From Diadema antillarum (Eukaryota), in the NCBI RefSeq assembly GCF_040938485.1, contig NW_027270975.1, positions 1,116,001 through 1,180,000 on the forward strand: a stretch of 64,000 nt of DNA. The letters are read 5' to 3'. Position numbers and translations under genes: made by a program. Positions 25,111 through 38,700 of the stretch are shown here, piece by piece; within the stretch, counting starts at the first letter, position 1, and each line of letters starts with the position of its first letter. The notes beneath the pieces were generated by a model. It worked only from the letters and a program-made list of their open reading frames with translations. It was not told where the DNA came from and did not search any database.

Positions 25111-26140
25111 TACTCTGTTATCATCTTAAAAAATACAAAGAGGCCTGAATCTGTAGACTAGTCAGCCTGGACCTCTTTTTCCTCTCTGCTGCTCAATTTC
25201 ATGCACTACATGTTGTGCTTATTAGATGCCCAATTACGCAGGTATTGAATTTCATAAGCAGGGATTCTTGTGCAGAGGGAACTTTGTTTACATTCCAATG
25301 CAGTAGATTTTATTTGTTTTTTTAATAATAATTAAGCACACACACATGTACACACCCTCTCTCTCTTCATGACTTGTTCAGATGTATGTGTTGAAGCATT
25401 ATTCTCAGTCTTGGTCTTATTTGTACTATGCACACTTTGTGAAAGACAACAAAATGTGCCATTCCCTTTGATAAATACATACACAAGATATAGGATATAA
25501 TTCATCTGTGATGATATATATGATAATGTATATTACAATATTCTTGATCATGTCAAATATATGAAACCATTGAGATGAAAATGTACTGAAAACAGTAGGC
25601 CCTATACTGCAAACTATCAACCTAGTTGTGGCTTTATAAGAGTTATATTGATATATATTTTTTTTCTCATGGCATAGCTGTCATTCTTCTGCCAAGTATG
25701 TCTAGATATCTCCAATGCATAAATCTGAAGACACACCTCAACTTTGGCATTGTCTACTCCTATTAGATTTCCCATTACCTTTTTAAGGGTTTTAATGACC
25801 AAGCCTCATTTATGAGGCATCGTAAGAAATCACCAAAGTACTCAGAAAATTTTATAGGTACGTAATATAGAAAGATTTTGTTCAAGTCTGTGCAAATCAA
25901 GTCTCATCGTGACATGTGTGAGTGATATGCTTCCTCTGAATTTATATGAGCTAGCCTTGTAAAGATTTCATGGAAAAAAGAATATTCAAAGAAATTAGAA
26001 ATAGGGAACAGTGGCTGCAATTCTATGTGAATTTGTGAGTTTTCAGTGAAAGAGATGATCATCTAACAAGTTCATTCTTGCATGAGTTTTGATACATTGA
26101 GAGAGGAGGTATGTGTGGAAGTGTGACTTCCATTTTACAG

Positions 26141-26274
26141 ACTGTAAAATGCCAGTGACCAGTCTTGAACAGGCTCTTATTCCAGGGCAGGTTAATGAAG
26201 CTGACCTTCCAGTGAATTTAGCTGTGAGAGAGAATGGAGTACCGGCTCAACCTTTACCTGATGAATTGATTGAA
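26141..26274 (+). CDS. Candidate exon (AC)-CKMPVTSLEQALIPGQVNEADLPVNLAVRENGVPAQPLPDELIE; ATG at 26149; phase-0 donor
   Basis: Acceptor CTTCCATTTTACAG|, AAA-ATG context, 44 open codons with protein-like composition, donor GAA|GTATGA at 26275. Below the ORF-track length cutoff. No homology recognised. Confidence 0.4.
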
Positions 26275-29185
26275 GTATGAAACATGTTCAACAACAAAGT
26301 AATTTTCTCATTGATTACAGCATATCCTAAATGGCATGCACTTTTTCCCCTCTATTCCTTTTCTCTGTTTTGTTCTGTTTCCATACGTGATGTAAATTGA
26401 GCTCCCTGCTGAAGGGTTTACCTCACTGAAATGGGGATTATACCAAGCAGCAGGAGCATGATAGCTCTTGCATGTATTTGGATTTTATGTTTCTCAATGT
26501 TGTCCTGGTGATCATACACATGTATTTGACCAACCTAATCCATTCCACCCTAGAATCTGTATAATTCAATGTCATCATCATTATTTAGTGGGTATAAAGT
26601 TGGCACTGATGATGACAACAGTTTCATGACTGAGTGAATTTGCCTGATATTAAGTGAGAAGTGTGTAGATGAAGGGTTATTGGCATTGTATGCCATCTGC
26701 ATGTCACAGTGACAGAAAAACATTAATCACAGTAAAATGTTCATTACATTCGAATGCATTCTCAAATTAATAACTGAGTGTAATGGAAAACATTTGACAA
26801 AATACATCTGTAATATTTTTAATTTTGAAAATACAGTATAATTTATCAAAGATCATTAAAGTTTGTGTACTCATCAAACATTATCCCGGCCAGATTCACC
26901 AAGGTATTAGTTGCTGGACCCAGACAAAACATAATGACATGATTAAGACAATGTTTCCATTAGACCATTTAGGGCATTATCTTCACATCATATAGATGTA
27001 TTGCAGGTCCATCTGTTATCATTTTCCCTTGTGAAATTGTTCTCTTTTTTCTTTCTTTTTTAATATTACACAATGCTCATTGGTGGATAAATAAGCCCAC
27101 TGTCTCTTAACTTTTGCCAGGAATGATGTCAAAGTGTAAAGTGTTTTATTCACACAGAGAGCAGTGGTTTTGGATGGAGATTTAGAAACTGTTTACATAT
27201 AAAAAGAAAAAAAAAATCCTTAAAAGATTCTGGACGTAGAGATGACAAAGATTACATGAAGCAATGCTGCCAATTTCTTCTGTTTTCATGCAATTTCATG
27301 CATGATGCGACATGAATACATCCGTTAAACCAACAACTACCAGTAGCACAATGGTTGCCTCTATTGCTTGCACAATAGCAATGGAATTGTGTTTTCTTTT
27401 TACTTCAAACCCAAAGTTGTTATTATATCACCTGGAACTCTGTCTGTAACAAGGCCAACACCAAATGTGGTGTTGTACTTGTGGATCGATGAATAACGCA
27501 GAAATTAATCCATATTCAGACCATGCTCCGCTTTCTCACAAATAGAGCATTCCAATTGCTGGCAATTGAACTGTGTGTAGGCTTGTGCTGACCTTCGAGG
27601 CATATCTATTGTTGCAGGGACCCATGCGTGCATTAAATTTATTCAATTCATTTATTTATCTGTTCAATTACGCATGGCTGTCAGTCACAATCAGGATACT
27701 CTGTAACCACTGAGCTTCTTTTTTTTTCGTCAAAAAAGGTAAGGACCATGCTAGTATTCTTGTATAAATTGTGTTTGATCTCAGCTGAGTGCAAGTAAAG
27801 GTGTATTATGACACTACCAGCAGAAAATAATATGGCCATTACACTTTATTGTGTGTTTTTATTGAAGCAACAAATAGTTTTATTGCCTTTTGAAGAGACA
27901 GTATTCTTACTTTGCAACCACCTCTATTTCACAAATTTGTTCCATCTCTTTTAGTAATATGTCATTGCTCATCTGTGTAATTTCCTATGTAGGGCCTACT
28001 TGTTCCACCTCATAAATGAGGGGGAGTTGGAAGCTAGGAGAAATAGGGTAGGAATAGATTCAGAACCTGTAATATAGATATAATGCTGGTATCTGTTATC
28101 CACCCTGCCTTTGAGTTTAGTTGGTTGGTCATAAGGAATAAAATGATTGATGGAGTGAGGTGACTATCAAGGCTCTGATAAAATAGACTCTGACATCAGA
28201 TGTGCACAAATAAAAAAAAAAAAAAAACTTTTACTAGTCTTACACTCCATATAACGATATTTTTATAGAACTATCCAATCACCTCTAGATGTTTGAGCCC
28301 ATGAAATTGATTATTCTGTCATTGAATTATAAAACATTTAGCCTTATGAATAATTTTGAAGACTTATCAGAGAATTTTATATGACTCCTGTTTCATGAGG
28401 GTATATGAAAGAAAACTGTATATGTATATGATATTCACAATTATTTTTGTTTTGGTTATCGCAGGAAAAATCTAAATAGATATATAGAAATATAATTCAC
28501 ACTCATATGAATATCATATTATCAGGCCACATGATTTATGATACATGTATATTTTCACAACATACATATATCCTTTAGATGTTTGTGCTTACACAATGTA
28601 GTGCTGATTATGTATTGTTCTCAAACATGGGAATTTTCAAAGATAAATCGACAGAAACAACTTCAAGGGGCACAGAATAGCGTACATTGATTGCATGACT
28701 AATCTCAAAGTCCTTAAGTCTATAGCTTACATGCTCGTCTTTAGTCACATTAAAATTGAATGTCCATTTGTGAGCATGTTATCCAAAGATGAATAATTTT
28801 CCCTGTCATTATGTTTCATCAGTTTTTTAAAATCAATTTCACTATACATAAAAAACTTCCAAGATTCTAATTGAAGAAATACTGATACTATGAGAAGTTA
28901 GGGAAAGAATGTGATGCGGTTCAAATGCAAACTTTCTTGAAATCTCATTCCTCTTCCACCCATCCAAATCTCTGACTTCCACAACATGTTCAGGTTGGGA
29001 TATCATGTCTGCTTGCAAGCTGATGACTGTAGATAGATTGGAGCATTGAACTTGTGTTCTCCTTGGATGATTCACTGGGAAAACATTTAGAATTAAATCT
29101 GAGCCTGTTGATGTATTGGACTACAATACTTCCTGCAGTGCCTAGCTCTACTTCCATTTATGTGAGCCTAGTATAACTTTGACAT

Positions 29186-29390
29186 TTTTACCTTTATATT
29201 CTAAGGAGGTTATAATGTTTTCCTGTATGGGTTTGTTTGTTTTTCTTGGCTGTTGGCAGATTAATTGAAGAAGTCATGGCTGGATGTGGACAAAATTTTT
29301 AGGGAAGATCAGAAATGGGACAAGGAACTATTATTTCTGTGGTGATCTTGATCACCATCTGGATCAAGGAAGTTTGTTGAAAGATTCTCT
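29186..29390 (+). mobile_element. Degraded 5' remnant of a HINE-like element
   Basis: TTACCT...AAGGAGGTTATAATGTTTTC...GTTTGTTTGT...GGTGATC resembles the 5' part of 38900-39406; 3' end absent. Confidence 0.45.
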
Positions 29391-30847
29391 TTTATTACAA
29401 AATTTCATCAGTCTCGGCAGTTTACCACATACATAATTATAACTACTCATACAATGTCAAGGATGCTCATGATAGGTTTTTTTACCACTCCAAAACAGAA
29501 ATTAGTTCATATAGATGGCATGTTTGTTGTTTGATCGTTATATTTTATAATAGTTTAATGGCTTGTGATCTTGACAGGGAAAGACATATCTATTACTCAT
29601 CTGAGTTAACTAAATGCTGGTACCATATGTCAGGATAGATATGAGTTGCTATTAAAAAGATAACAACTAGTTACGCATAAGAAAAAGTTTTTGTGAAATG
29701 TGTGCGATATATCAGGTTCTTCGACAAAGCAAATTGCACGAGGTGCTTATTACTTTTTGCTCCAGGTCCTACCAAATATGTAAACATAGTATCTGTAAAT
29801 TTCAAATGTGAAAGGAACAAGTGTATTATCTCCCCTCTAACCTAGTGGTCTCCATGCTGTGATAATGTTAGTTCTTGTGTGTCCAACTCCCTGTATTGAA
29901 TGAGTGAACATTTCAATCATTTCACAATAGATATGATATCAGAGATATGAAATAATCAGCCTATTTCCATGTACCACATCAATAGATAGTGTGAAGTTTG
30001 TGTCCATGAGCTCTTATTGATTCACGCTGACCAGGACATGCATTTAATTTACAGTTAATCCCAGTTTTTTAATTGCCGTTAGTGCTCGAGTGGAAAATAA
30101 TCTTTAAGTTTCAACATGAACAAATCCCCTTTTTTCTATGAATCCAATACTATATGATGAAACAATTTAGTCACTCTGACTTCAATGTGTAAATGATAAA
30201 GTATTTTCTATGCCTATTTTGATGTCATAATGAAAGGAGGAAATTTAACTGGAATGTTTCAGCAGACATATCGAGAGTTGTAGAGAAAGGAACATATCAC
30301 AACATGAGGAAATATCATACTTTACATTGTACTTAAATCTTCAATCATATAAGTGGATTTTTTAAAGTATGACACAACAGTGGCATACTTCGTAATGAAT
30401 AGGAGTTTATGTCATTAATATGTGGAGTGTAAGAATGGAAAGCAGTCTATTTGCTTTCATATTTGTGAGTCCCTTCACCATAAATGGTTCAAATATTTAC
30501 CAGTCAAATATTTGTTGGGGCAGTGAAATTTTTCTCAAAGATGAGCTTCACATGACTTTGAGGGACGGAGCCAGGGGTTACAAGGAAAAGAGGGTGAAGT
30601 GTCAGAAACAAGGGCCTTCTCAGTTTGCCAAGAAATTTTGGCTCATTAGCCAGAAGTGACGATGATGGTTTGGCTTGACATGGCGGAAAGATGACAGGAA
30701 AAGTAATAATCAGTCCCCCAGGTTTTTCTTTGCTTGTCTTGTGATGAACATCACAGGCTTGTTTGCTTGCACTAGCAAGGGGGGAAAGCATACACTCCTA
30801 TGTGCAGGATGGGCACAGCACACATACTATACTTATATAGGTATATG

Positions 30848-30853
30848 CACATA

Positions 30854-30907
<54 letters not shown>

Positions 30908-31033
30908 CAGACTCCAGAGGATGGAACAAACCACTGGTGATGTGGACCATCCATCCATCAATCTATGCAAGATGTAGACATGTTATGTTCCAAAGAAGGT
31001 ACTAGCTTGTGTGTGTGTGTGTGTGCGTGTGTG
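30848..31033. repeat. (CA)n microsatellite 30848-30905 and oppositely oriented (TG)n 31008-31033
   Basis: Read directly. Confidence 0.95.
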
Positions 31034-31325
31034 CATGGGGGGGGGGGGGAGAGAAGATATAGGCATTCTTTCTAGTCAGATCAATGGACTGGAAATATAC
31101 CAAGAGTGTCGGTTACCACAGGCAAAGTTAGGGGGAAAATACTCCTATACTCACTACGTTACTGACGTGAGCTGCTAAGGGTTAGCATCAATTTGTTGTA
31201 AGCAGATGAAGACATTCTGCTGGGTTTCTGCAACATTGGTGATTTCGAGTCTGACATAACTAGAACAGCCAATATTGGTACTGGAATAGCTTTTTTTTCC
31301 CTCCTTTGACTTTTCATCCTCGTAG

Positions 31326-31346
31326 AAGTCTGTGAATGCCACTCAA
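31326..31346 (+). CDS. Candidate 21-nt microexon (KSVNATQ in phase 0; also open in phase 2)
   Basis: Long polypyrimidine tract TTTTTTTTCCCTCCTTTGACTTTTCATCCTCGTAG| with TTGAC branch-like site; exon AAGTCTGTGAATGCCACTCAA; donor CAA|GTAAGT; length divisible by 3. Confidence 0.45.
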
Positions 31347-32550
31347 GTAAGTTTTTCTCATTGCATCGAATCATGTCAGCTGCATTCCTGTTCATTCTTG
31401 CCATTTCAGCTGTTATCCAAAGCTCTTCCTTCTTTGTACCAGCTGCTCTTTTTTCTGTGATTCAATTCATGCTTCTATACAGAAGAAACATCCATGGCTA
31501 TATGAATCTATGCTTTCTTAATAGTGAGTCAAGTAAAAAAAAAAATCAGATCATATCGCAGTTTATTTTGATATTTTTCCTTTAGTATGTATGGATTACT
31601 TCTTTTGACTACACAAAGTAATTCTTTTGGCATTTTTCTCAGCTTTGATATCAACATCTCTGATATGGAAGGCTGTAACAAGATGGCTCTTAAGTGAGGC
31701 TTCAATTATAATTTTTAGCTATCATTTGTGATCAAGAAGATACTGCTAGCATTAATGATTGAGTAATTGAGGTAAAAAAATATTGAAATTGAGAGATTCT
31801 TACACACACAGGCATTAATCTTTTTACAAAGCCACAAAATATATACTTCAATATATATATATGTCACACCCCCTTGACAACATAAAACAAGGGACTCCCA
31901 TAAAAATTCCATGTCACATGTTTGTGACTGACAGGGTATGAAACATTTTATTTTCCATGAACATGAAAGTTTTCTAGACTGTAACCAAGGTGCTTCATAA
32001 CTTTGGATGCTAATCAGTGCTTTCCAAAGTGGGCCAACTTGCAACTGGCATGTGAGGAATAAGGCCATTAGACATTTTTTTTTTCTCTCCTTTTTTTGTT
32101 GTTGTTCTAACAAAACATGTTCTTCAAGATTGCAAAGACATACATGTAGCAAGAATTGAACAACTTCCCCAAGGCCATGGGAAAGCCAGCCTGCCTGATT
32201 CTCCTGCAAGGTTTCCCAGTGTTGACTGAATGTCAGCTGTAAATGGCAGTTGAAATCTGATAAGAATATTTTAAATGTTAATTAAAATGTCTTCCTGAGG
32301 AGGCAATGACTGATAGAGAGTTTCCTTCATGTCCTGTCATTTATCTCTACACTGTAGCTTTGCTTCAGGCCTTAATGCAGTAAAATATACCAACCAGGCA
32401 GGTTTCTATAAAACTAGTTTTTTTATTGAGCAAGATTGAAAATCACTGACTTCATAAAAATTATTGTCAACCCACCTTTCTTTATGTAAGTACTTTGTCA
32501 CTCCATGTGACTTTGGCTAGGTTTTTTTGTGATTTAAATCTCATTGAGAA

Positions 32551-32794
32551 TACTGTATACGCCGAATATTTCTTGAGGTTTTTATTTCCATGAATTTTGC
32601 GAGTCAGGTGCTATTCGCGAAATTAAAGACACGCAAAAATATTGATTCTGATCCCAATATGAATGTCACATACATGTATACATTTCTCTGTTCAGTTCAG
32701 TACTCCACGATAACGAACTTAACCACTTGTGAAATTGACGGGAAGTCCCGATTCACGAAAATTTTGACTCGCTAAATATATGTCGTATACAGTA
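32551..32794. mobile_element. TA-flanked MITE related to 1806-2017
   Basis: TACTGTATACG ... CGTATACAGTA perfect 11-bp TIR including TA; shared core TTCGCGAAATTAAAGACACGC. Confidence 0.85.
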
Positions 32795-34665
32795 TATCGT
32801 CTGGAATGTGTGACAGTTTCCATGATTGGACATTCATAACAAGGTCATTTTCTCCGAATTCTTATGAGCAAAACAGATGACACAAGTTTTTTCTCTCATG
32901 CTCTTATGTAAAGAGAATGCCTAGTTTATGATAATTGTTAAAAAACTGATAAAGGATTGTAATTGAAGTTTGCACATTTATATCTAAGTAACAGTAGTAA
33001 ATGCCATTAATTTTTCCAGCCCCCTATAACCCAGGATTGCCTATTTTTTTTCACCATATTCTAGTGCCTTCCTCTGTATATGTCTTAGAAAAGGATGAAC
33101 AAAATTCATTTTCATGTACTGCACTGCAGCCTTAACTGAGTTTACCTTAACCTTTCATGATAGTGTGGCGGCAGCACCGACAGTTATATTTAGCTTTGGC
33201 TTGCCATGACTAGCACTTTCTGTCCAGTTCCTGTGTTCTCTTATCTCAGTCAGGACAGAGCAAGACTTTCGTAAATTTAGAGTGATACAGTTAGGAAAAA
33301 AAACTTTCCTTTTTAACATTGCTCATTGATTGATACCACAGTAGTATCGCAGAAAGACAGAAGTTTGTAGCCATAGAAGTGCACCAATGTGTTCTCTATG
33401 CTCTGGAGGAGAGACATTATCTTTGCTCTTGGGGGAGTACAGTAATGAAGAGATTTATGGAAACTTCGTCAGTAGTTATGTTACTTTTCTGTTTCTGCTG
33501 GGAGGTTTCAGTAATGGGAATTCTTACATTATGGAATCAATGATTATATGTGTGAATGGAGTTCCTATCTCAAAGGATTCTAGGATATGTTTTTATCTAA
33601 GCTCTTCTACCAGTTTTCTTTACGTGGGTTTCCATGACAATCCAATGAAAATAGAAAAGATGTAACGGCTTTTGCAGGTTGATACTTTCTGCTGTGCCTC
33701 TCACCCCCTGCTGGTTTGTGATTTGAAAACTACTGCTCAACTTCACTATTAAAGAAAGATGGATAGAAGCTTATAAATTGAGCTGCAAGATTTGACAGAT
33801 GAATATAATGACTCATGGAGATAATCATTTTGTATAGATATCTTGGTATTGAAAGAAATCAACAAGACCTATCATTCTCACATTTCTGGTCTAATCTTTG
33901 GGTGTAGATTTTCATCTGTGTCCATAAAAATTCCGGAGAGAGTCATTATGCCAATCACTGCCTTTGAGATATTCATTATTTTAAGTGCCCACAGATTTGA
34001 AACAAGGCACACCTAATTTTTATAAACAATGGGTTAATTTTTAGTGGATGAAATACAGTGCAAGCACATAACAGTTAGGTTTTCATGTTTTCATTTAAGT
34101 TTGGTTAAGTTTATGTGAACATGTCTGCGTTGTTGTTGTTGTTTTTTTCACCACGATACAGTAATTGATAGTGGTAGTCCAAAGGCTTTCGTGTGTATGA
34201 ACTTCTGGGTGGGTTATAGGATGCACTTTGACCAAACACATGCCTACAGGGGTTTTGGGTCTGGTGTCATCTGTTTGACTGATATGAGATTTTAATGAAT
34301 GTTATCTCTTGCCTCCACTTGCCAAGTGCCCACTCGGCTCCTCTCTCTCCCTCGGGATGGCGCCGACTCGAGAGTGAAAGTTTTCGTCACCCTCATCTTT
34401 CTGACATGAGCCCACTGGGTTTTTGATGGGAGTGTCGTCCAAGACAATGAGATGGGCTGCCACCACTGCTGAGCCCCATTATGGGTAGCCATTACTCATC
34501 AGAGGGGTGACATTCCGACGATGTTGCATGGTGTGAGGCACCGTCAGCCATCTGACCCCCAAGAAAGCACCTTATCCAACGTCCGGTAAAATCAGAATTG
34601 GAAACTCAAGTAACAGCCACATATAACTCACTCTCAGACAAAAAGAGAAGGAAGATGAAAGTGGT

Positions 34666-34673
34666 TATAAAAG
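34666..34673 (+). promoter_or_regulatory. TATA box upstream of the 34864 exon, within a CpG-rich region (~34300-35030)
   Basis: TATAAAAG 198 bp upstream of the ATG; surrounding non-repetitive DNA is CpG-rich relative to background. Confidence 0.45.
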
Positions 34674-34863
34674 CTCCTCCAGCCAACCACATTAGATCTG
34701 AATGAAGTTGATATTGCCAATATATCTTTTGCACTGTGTGCGTCTCCTCTGGAAAATTGGCCTACGGAGCAATAATTTTTTTCTGTGCCGCTTGGTGGAT
34801 TTCGCGTTCAATTGAAGTGTCGTTTGCTATCTGCATCACACTACGGACATAAAAGTTGACACC

Positions 34864-35031
34864 ATGACGAGCGAGAAGCGGAGATATGATTTGGATACAG
34901 CCATTCGCGAGCTGGAGCGCATTTCTCGAACAAAACCTCGCAAGATGGTCCACTTTTCACCAGAGGTGGAGAAGTTTTTCACGCTGACACCACGTCACTG
35001 GAGTCAGGAATACGACGATGACTTCTATCTG
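34864..35031 (+). CDS. Probable first coding exon, MTSEKRRYDLDTAIRELERISRTKPRKMVHFSPEVEKFFTLTPRHWSQEYDDDFYL; RVxF-like motif KMVHF
   Basis: ACC-ATG Kozak context, 56 GC/CpG-rich codons that stop abruptly at donor CTG|GTAAAT (35032), after which the sequence becomes T-rich and intron-like; TATA box upstream. Confidence 0.6.
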
Positions 35032-35296
35032 GTAAATGCTACTTCTTCAAAATTTCTTTAATCTTTATTTTAGGCAATTTTCTTGTTTCTGGTAGATGTA
35101 GATGTAGTGCAGTAATAGGAATACTGTCTGCTTGATGTTGGTGAGATGTGAGATTGAGTGACATCAGTATGCTTTCTCTTTGCAAACATTCTACTATGCA
35201 TGGTAAATCCTTTTTGTGGATGTCCATCAGTAATGCTAATGTATCTTTGATGTTGAAATGAAAATGATAGAGTTGATTTATGTGGTATGCCTAAAT

Positions 35297-35437
35297 NNNN
35301 NNNNNNNNNNNNNNNNNNNNNNNNNNNNNNNNNNNNNNNNNNNNNNNNNNNNNNNNNNNNNNNNNNNNNNNNNNNNNNNNNNNNNNNNNNNNNNNNNNNN
35401 NNNNNNNNNNNNNNNNNNNNNNNNNNNNNNNNNNNNN
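35297..35437. other. Assembly gap (141 N)
   Basis: N run, followed by GTGTGTGT, which suggests a collapsed (GT)n. Confidence 1.
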
Positions 35438-35639
35438 GTGTGTGTATGTGTTTGAATTTGTGACTACCATCAAACATGGAGAATTTGAGCCCTGTGCACC
35501 TGTTAACCCCTGGAACACCTTGGTTGCTGAGCAAGTATGGTAGGCTTCATATTTTATTATAAGGTATGTTTGAAATAGGTTGTGATTCATATGATTTTGG
35601 CCATCTACCAGCAATTTTTAATTTTTCTGGTAATTTCAG

Positions 35640-35729
35640 GCCTTCTGTACGAAGGAGAGAATTCTCTATCTTGCCATTGATGCCAAGAAGAGATGCAGTG
35701 CATGCGTACTTATAGCAGCAATGACATAA
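35640..35729 (+). CDS. Candidate second/terminal exon AFCTKERILYLAIDAKKRCSACVLIAAMT*
   Basis: Acceptor ATTTTTCTGGTAATTTCAG| and phase-0 frame compatible with 34864-35031; the join would give an 85-aa protein. The intervening gap could hide sequence. Confidence 0.35.
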   Translation, partial: AFCTKERILYLAIDAKKRCSACVLIAAMT

Positions 35730-38700
35730 CCAGACAAGAGCATGCTACAGTGGTTACTCCCTCTCTTGCTATGTTGGTCTCTGTACCATCAGTCTAACAA
35801 TATGTCTTTCCCCTATATCTCACTCATCAGAACTATCCAAATCATACTGTTTTCTAAATTCTCATCACGTTTTGTACATTTGTCATGAATTGTTTCCTGT
35901 ATATTCCGTGTGACTTCATATTGCCTGTTGTGTATGGGTACAGACCAATACAATAGAATCATGAATGAGGGAAGGTGTAACTCAATGAAGGGAGAAAGAG
36001 GGAATAAGGAGAGAGAAAGGAGAGAGAGAGAGAGAGAGATGAGATGAGGTTGTTCATTTAGATGTTGGTTTATTATCAATCAGCCTTGAGAGGATGCAAA
36101 CGCAGCTTCCAAATTGTTCTAAATTTATAAGATGTGTGAGTGAAGATGATTAATTCTGGGTCTAAATGGAGTAGGGGTAATGATCTTGAGTCACGTGATG
36201 AGAGCAACTGCTTTGAGGACGACCCGATGGAGGATGGTAGTTAAGGTCCCGAAAAAGTGCAACGCGAGTTCATTTGTCCACATAAAATGCGATTGTGTTT
36301 CACCCGTAAGGCATGTGTATGTGTGTTGCAATATATTCTTTCTCTCACAAGCACTAGAAGTCGTAGGAGTAGAGCTATAGCCTTGTATGTCAGAGCAAAA
36401 GACATTTTGATCATCTCAGTTATTGTTGTTTTTTTAGATACTCCAAAGTTTTGAGATATTCTGCTAATTTTGATATGTGCTCACTGTATTTTGTATACTA
36501 GTTGAAGAAATGTACAGTCTGGAGGTAGGCCTATTTTATAAAATATCAATCTCATTAAGGTGTCAGATCAATACGACTTTCAGTCCAGGAACGGTGATGT
36601 TATATCTTGTCACACTGCATACAGAAATAATTGATGTATGCAGAAATAACACCTTCACAGAAGGTTGTATTCAGTAAAGTCATTTCAGTTTTGAATTTAA
36701 TTTTGCTTGATTTTATCAAAGGAATCATGGTCAACATTGTGTGAGGTGAATCTGGAGAGAGAAGAAAATTAAGCTTCATACATTCATGCCTTCATGTACT
36801 CATGCATACATACACACAATCATGTAATACATACAAACAGAAATGTATTTATTTACATATGATAGTACAATGAAGTACTTGAATATGGGCTCAGAGAAGA
36901 GGCCACCTTTTATGGAGCTGACCCAATTTTTGGAGTGAGAGCATGTGTAGTACCCAAGTATTCCAGCATTTTTTATCATATTGTCATCCAAAAGCTCTTG
37001 GCTTGCCCCTAAAGACAATATATGAGATAGGAAGCAACTGCTTAACAATATTGCAGACAGTCATGACACAATTTGTACGACCTTCAATATATTAATATGA
37101 CAGCATTCCCCACTGAGCACAAATCCCTTTTGTATTGTCCCTGAATACCATGCCTGTGGTATATGGTGCTTTCCACAAGTAATTAGAATCCTAGATTCAG
37201 AGCAGTATGGAATTGTGTGTTCAGATTATCCAATAACAGTTCCATCAGCAGTGATTTGACCATTCCACAAGCTGGTATCCATGGAGATGTTTGACCACTC
37301 AGGGACTCTCATATGTGTATTAGGTCTGTTGTTTATTTCAGACACCTACTGATCTTGATGACGATAGCTTTATTGAAACATTCTGCATAATATGTAATTC
37401 CTTTACCAAAAGCTGTTTTTTTTTTGTATGATATGAAAATTAGAGAGAAATTGATGCCTCATACAAACTAGATGAGATTTGTAGAATGTTTTTAATGGTT
37501 TTTTTTTTAACACATCCTTCTAGCATCAAATTCATTTAAAGAAAAATATGAATTGAATCTGGCTGATTGACAGGTTGACAAAGGCATTTTAGTGTTTTTG
37601 TGGTATAATATTCATCAATCAAGACCTTTCGTATAAGTGCATATCCACGGCTCAACAGTGCTTTGGTACCGTAAAGTACAGTAAAAAATAAATGTACAAT
37701 GAAAGATAATGTTGCCAATGTGTGACATATTATGAATGTTGAAATCAAGAGCAATTTCTTGAAACCATATTAGATTTCATATACTTCAGAGGAAGCTTTT
37801 TAAGAGACTGAGCATTTCAAAGAGAGTACCAAATTTTTAGTCTGGACATCTTCCTCTCTATTCATTAATTTTCCCCCACTGAGTCGGTGATGTAAGGCAT
37901 GGACTGAAACTTTATGAGAGCATAATACATATTTCTCTACCCAACCAAAGAAACATTGACAGGTAGAGGAGATGACAGTATTCATACAGTGGAAAGTTCC
38001 CTTGCCATCCAGCCATATAGTGCCATCTTTCTCCTTTTCCTTTACCTCCTAAAATCTCATTTCGTGCTTTTTATCTATGTCAAAATATTTTGAGGTAGCA
38101 ATGTTCTAGTCCATATGACAGTCTGGATGGAGTTTCAGTTACTCAATGCATATGTTACTGTGATGATATATTGAAGACTCATTTTGTCATTCTCTCTCTC
38201 CTATTCCTCTTTTGTAAAATGTATAAGATATAGCAGAATACAAGGATTTCAATTTATGGGATAATAGTGTTCATGCCCATAGTAATGTCTAATTGGACTT
38301 TTCTTGCGTGCATCTGTAACCATGGCGATACATGGATAATCCATTTTCTTACTCAATCTCTGTTCCTGTCTCTGTGTCTGTATCTGAATATATATATATG
38401 TATTTGAGATGGCAGAATATTTCAGTGTTTTGAGATAACCATGTTCATGCAATGAGACAATCTGCCAGGACGTGTTGCTCTGTGCATCCATTTGAGTGGC
38501 AATATGTTGACGACTCTCTCACTCTCTCTTGCTATATACCTTCTCTCTCGCTTTCATGATATCTTAGATGGCAGAATATCACTATGCCTGCCCAAACGTT
38601 ATCGCTTTCCAGGGTGCTCTTTATTGGCTGGTAAATGAAAATACAGACGCATCAATCCCCATTCTTTTTCTATCTCTGTCCTCTGTGGAAAGTGTGTCCA

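Noticed and set aside
26109-26140. GTATGT...TTACAG mini-intron just before the 26141 exon
   Set aside because: Only 32 nt, too short for a canonical spliceosomal intron.
35070-35614. ORFs spanning the first N gap
   Set aside because: Length is an artefact of untranslatable N codons.
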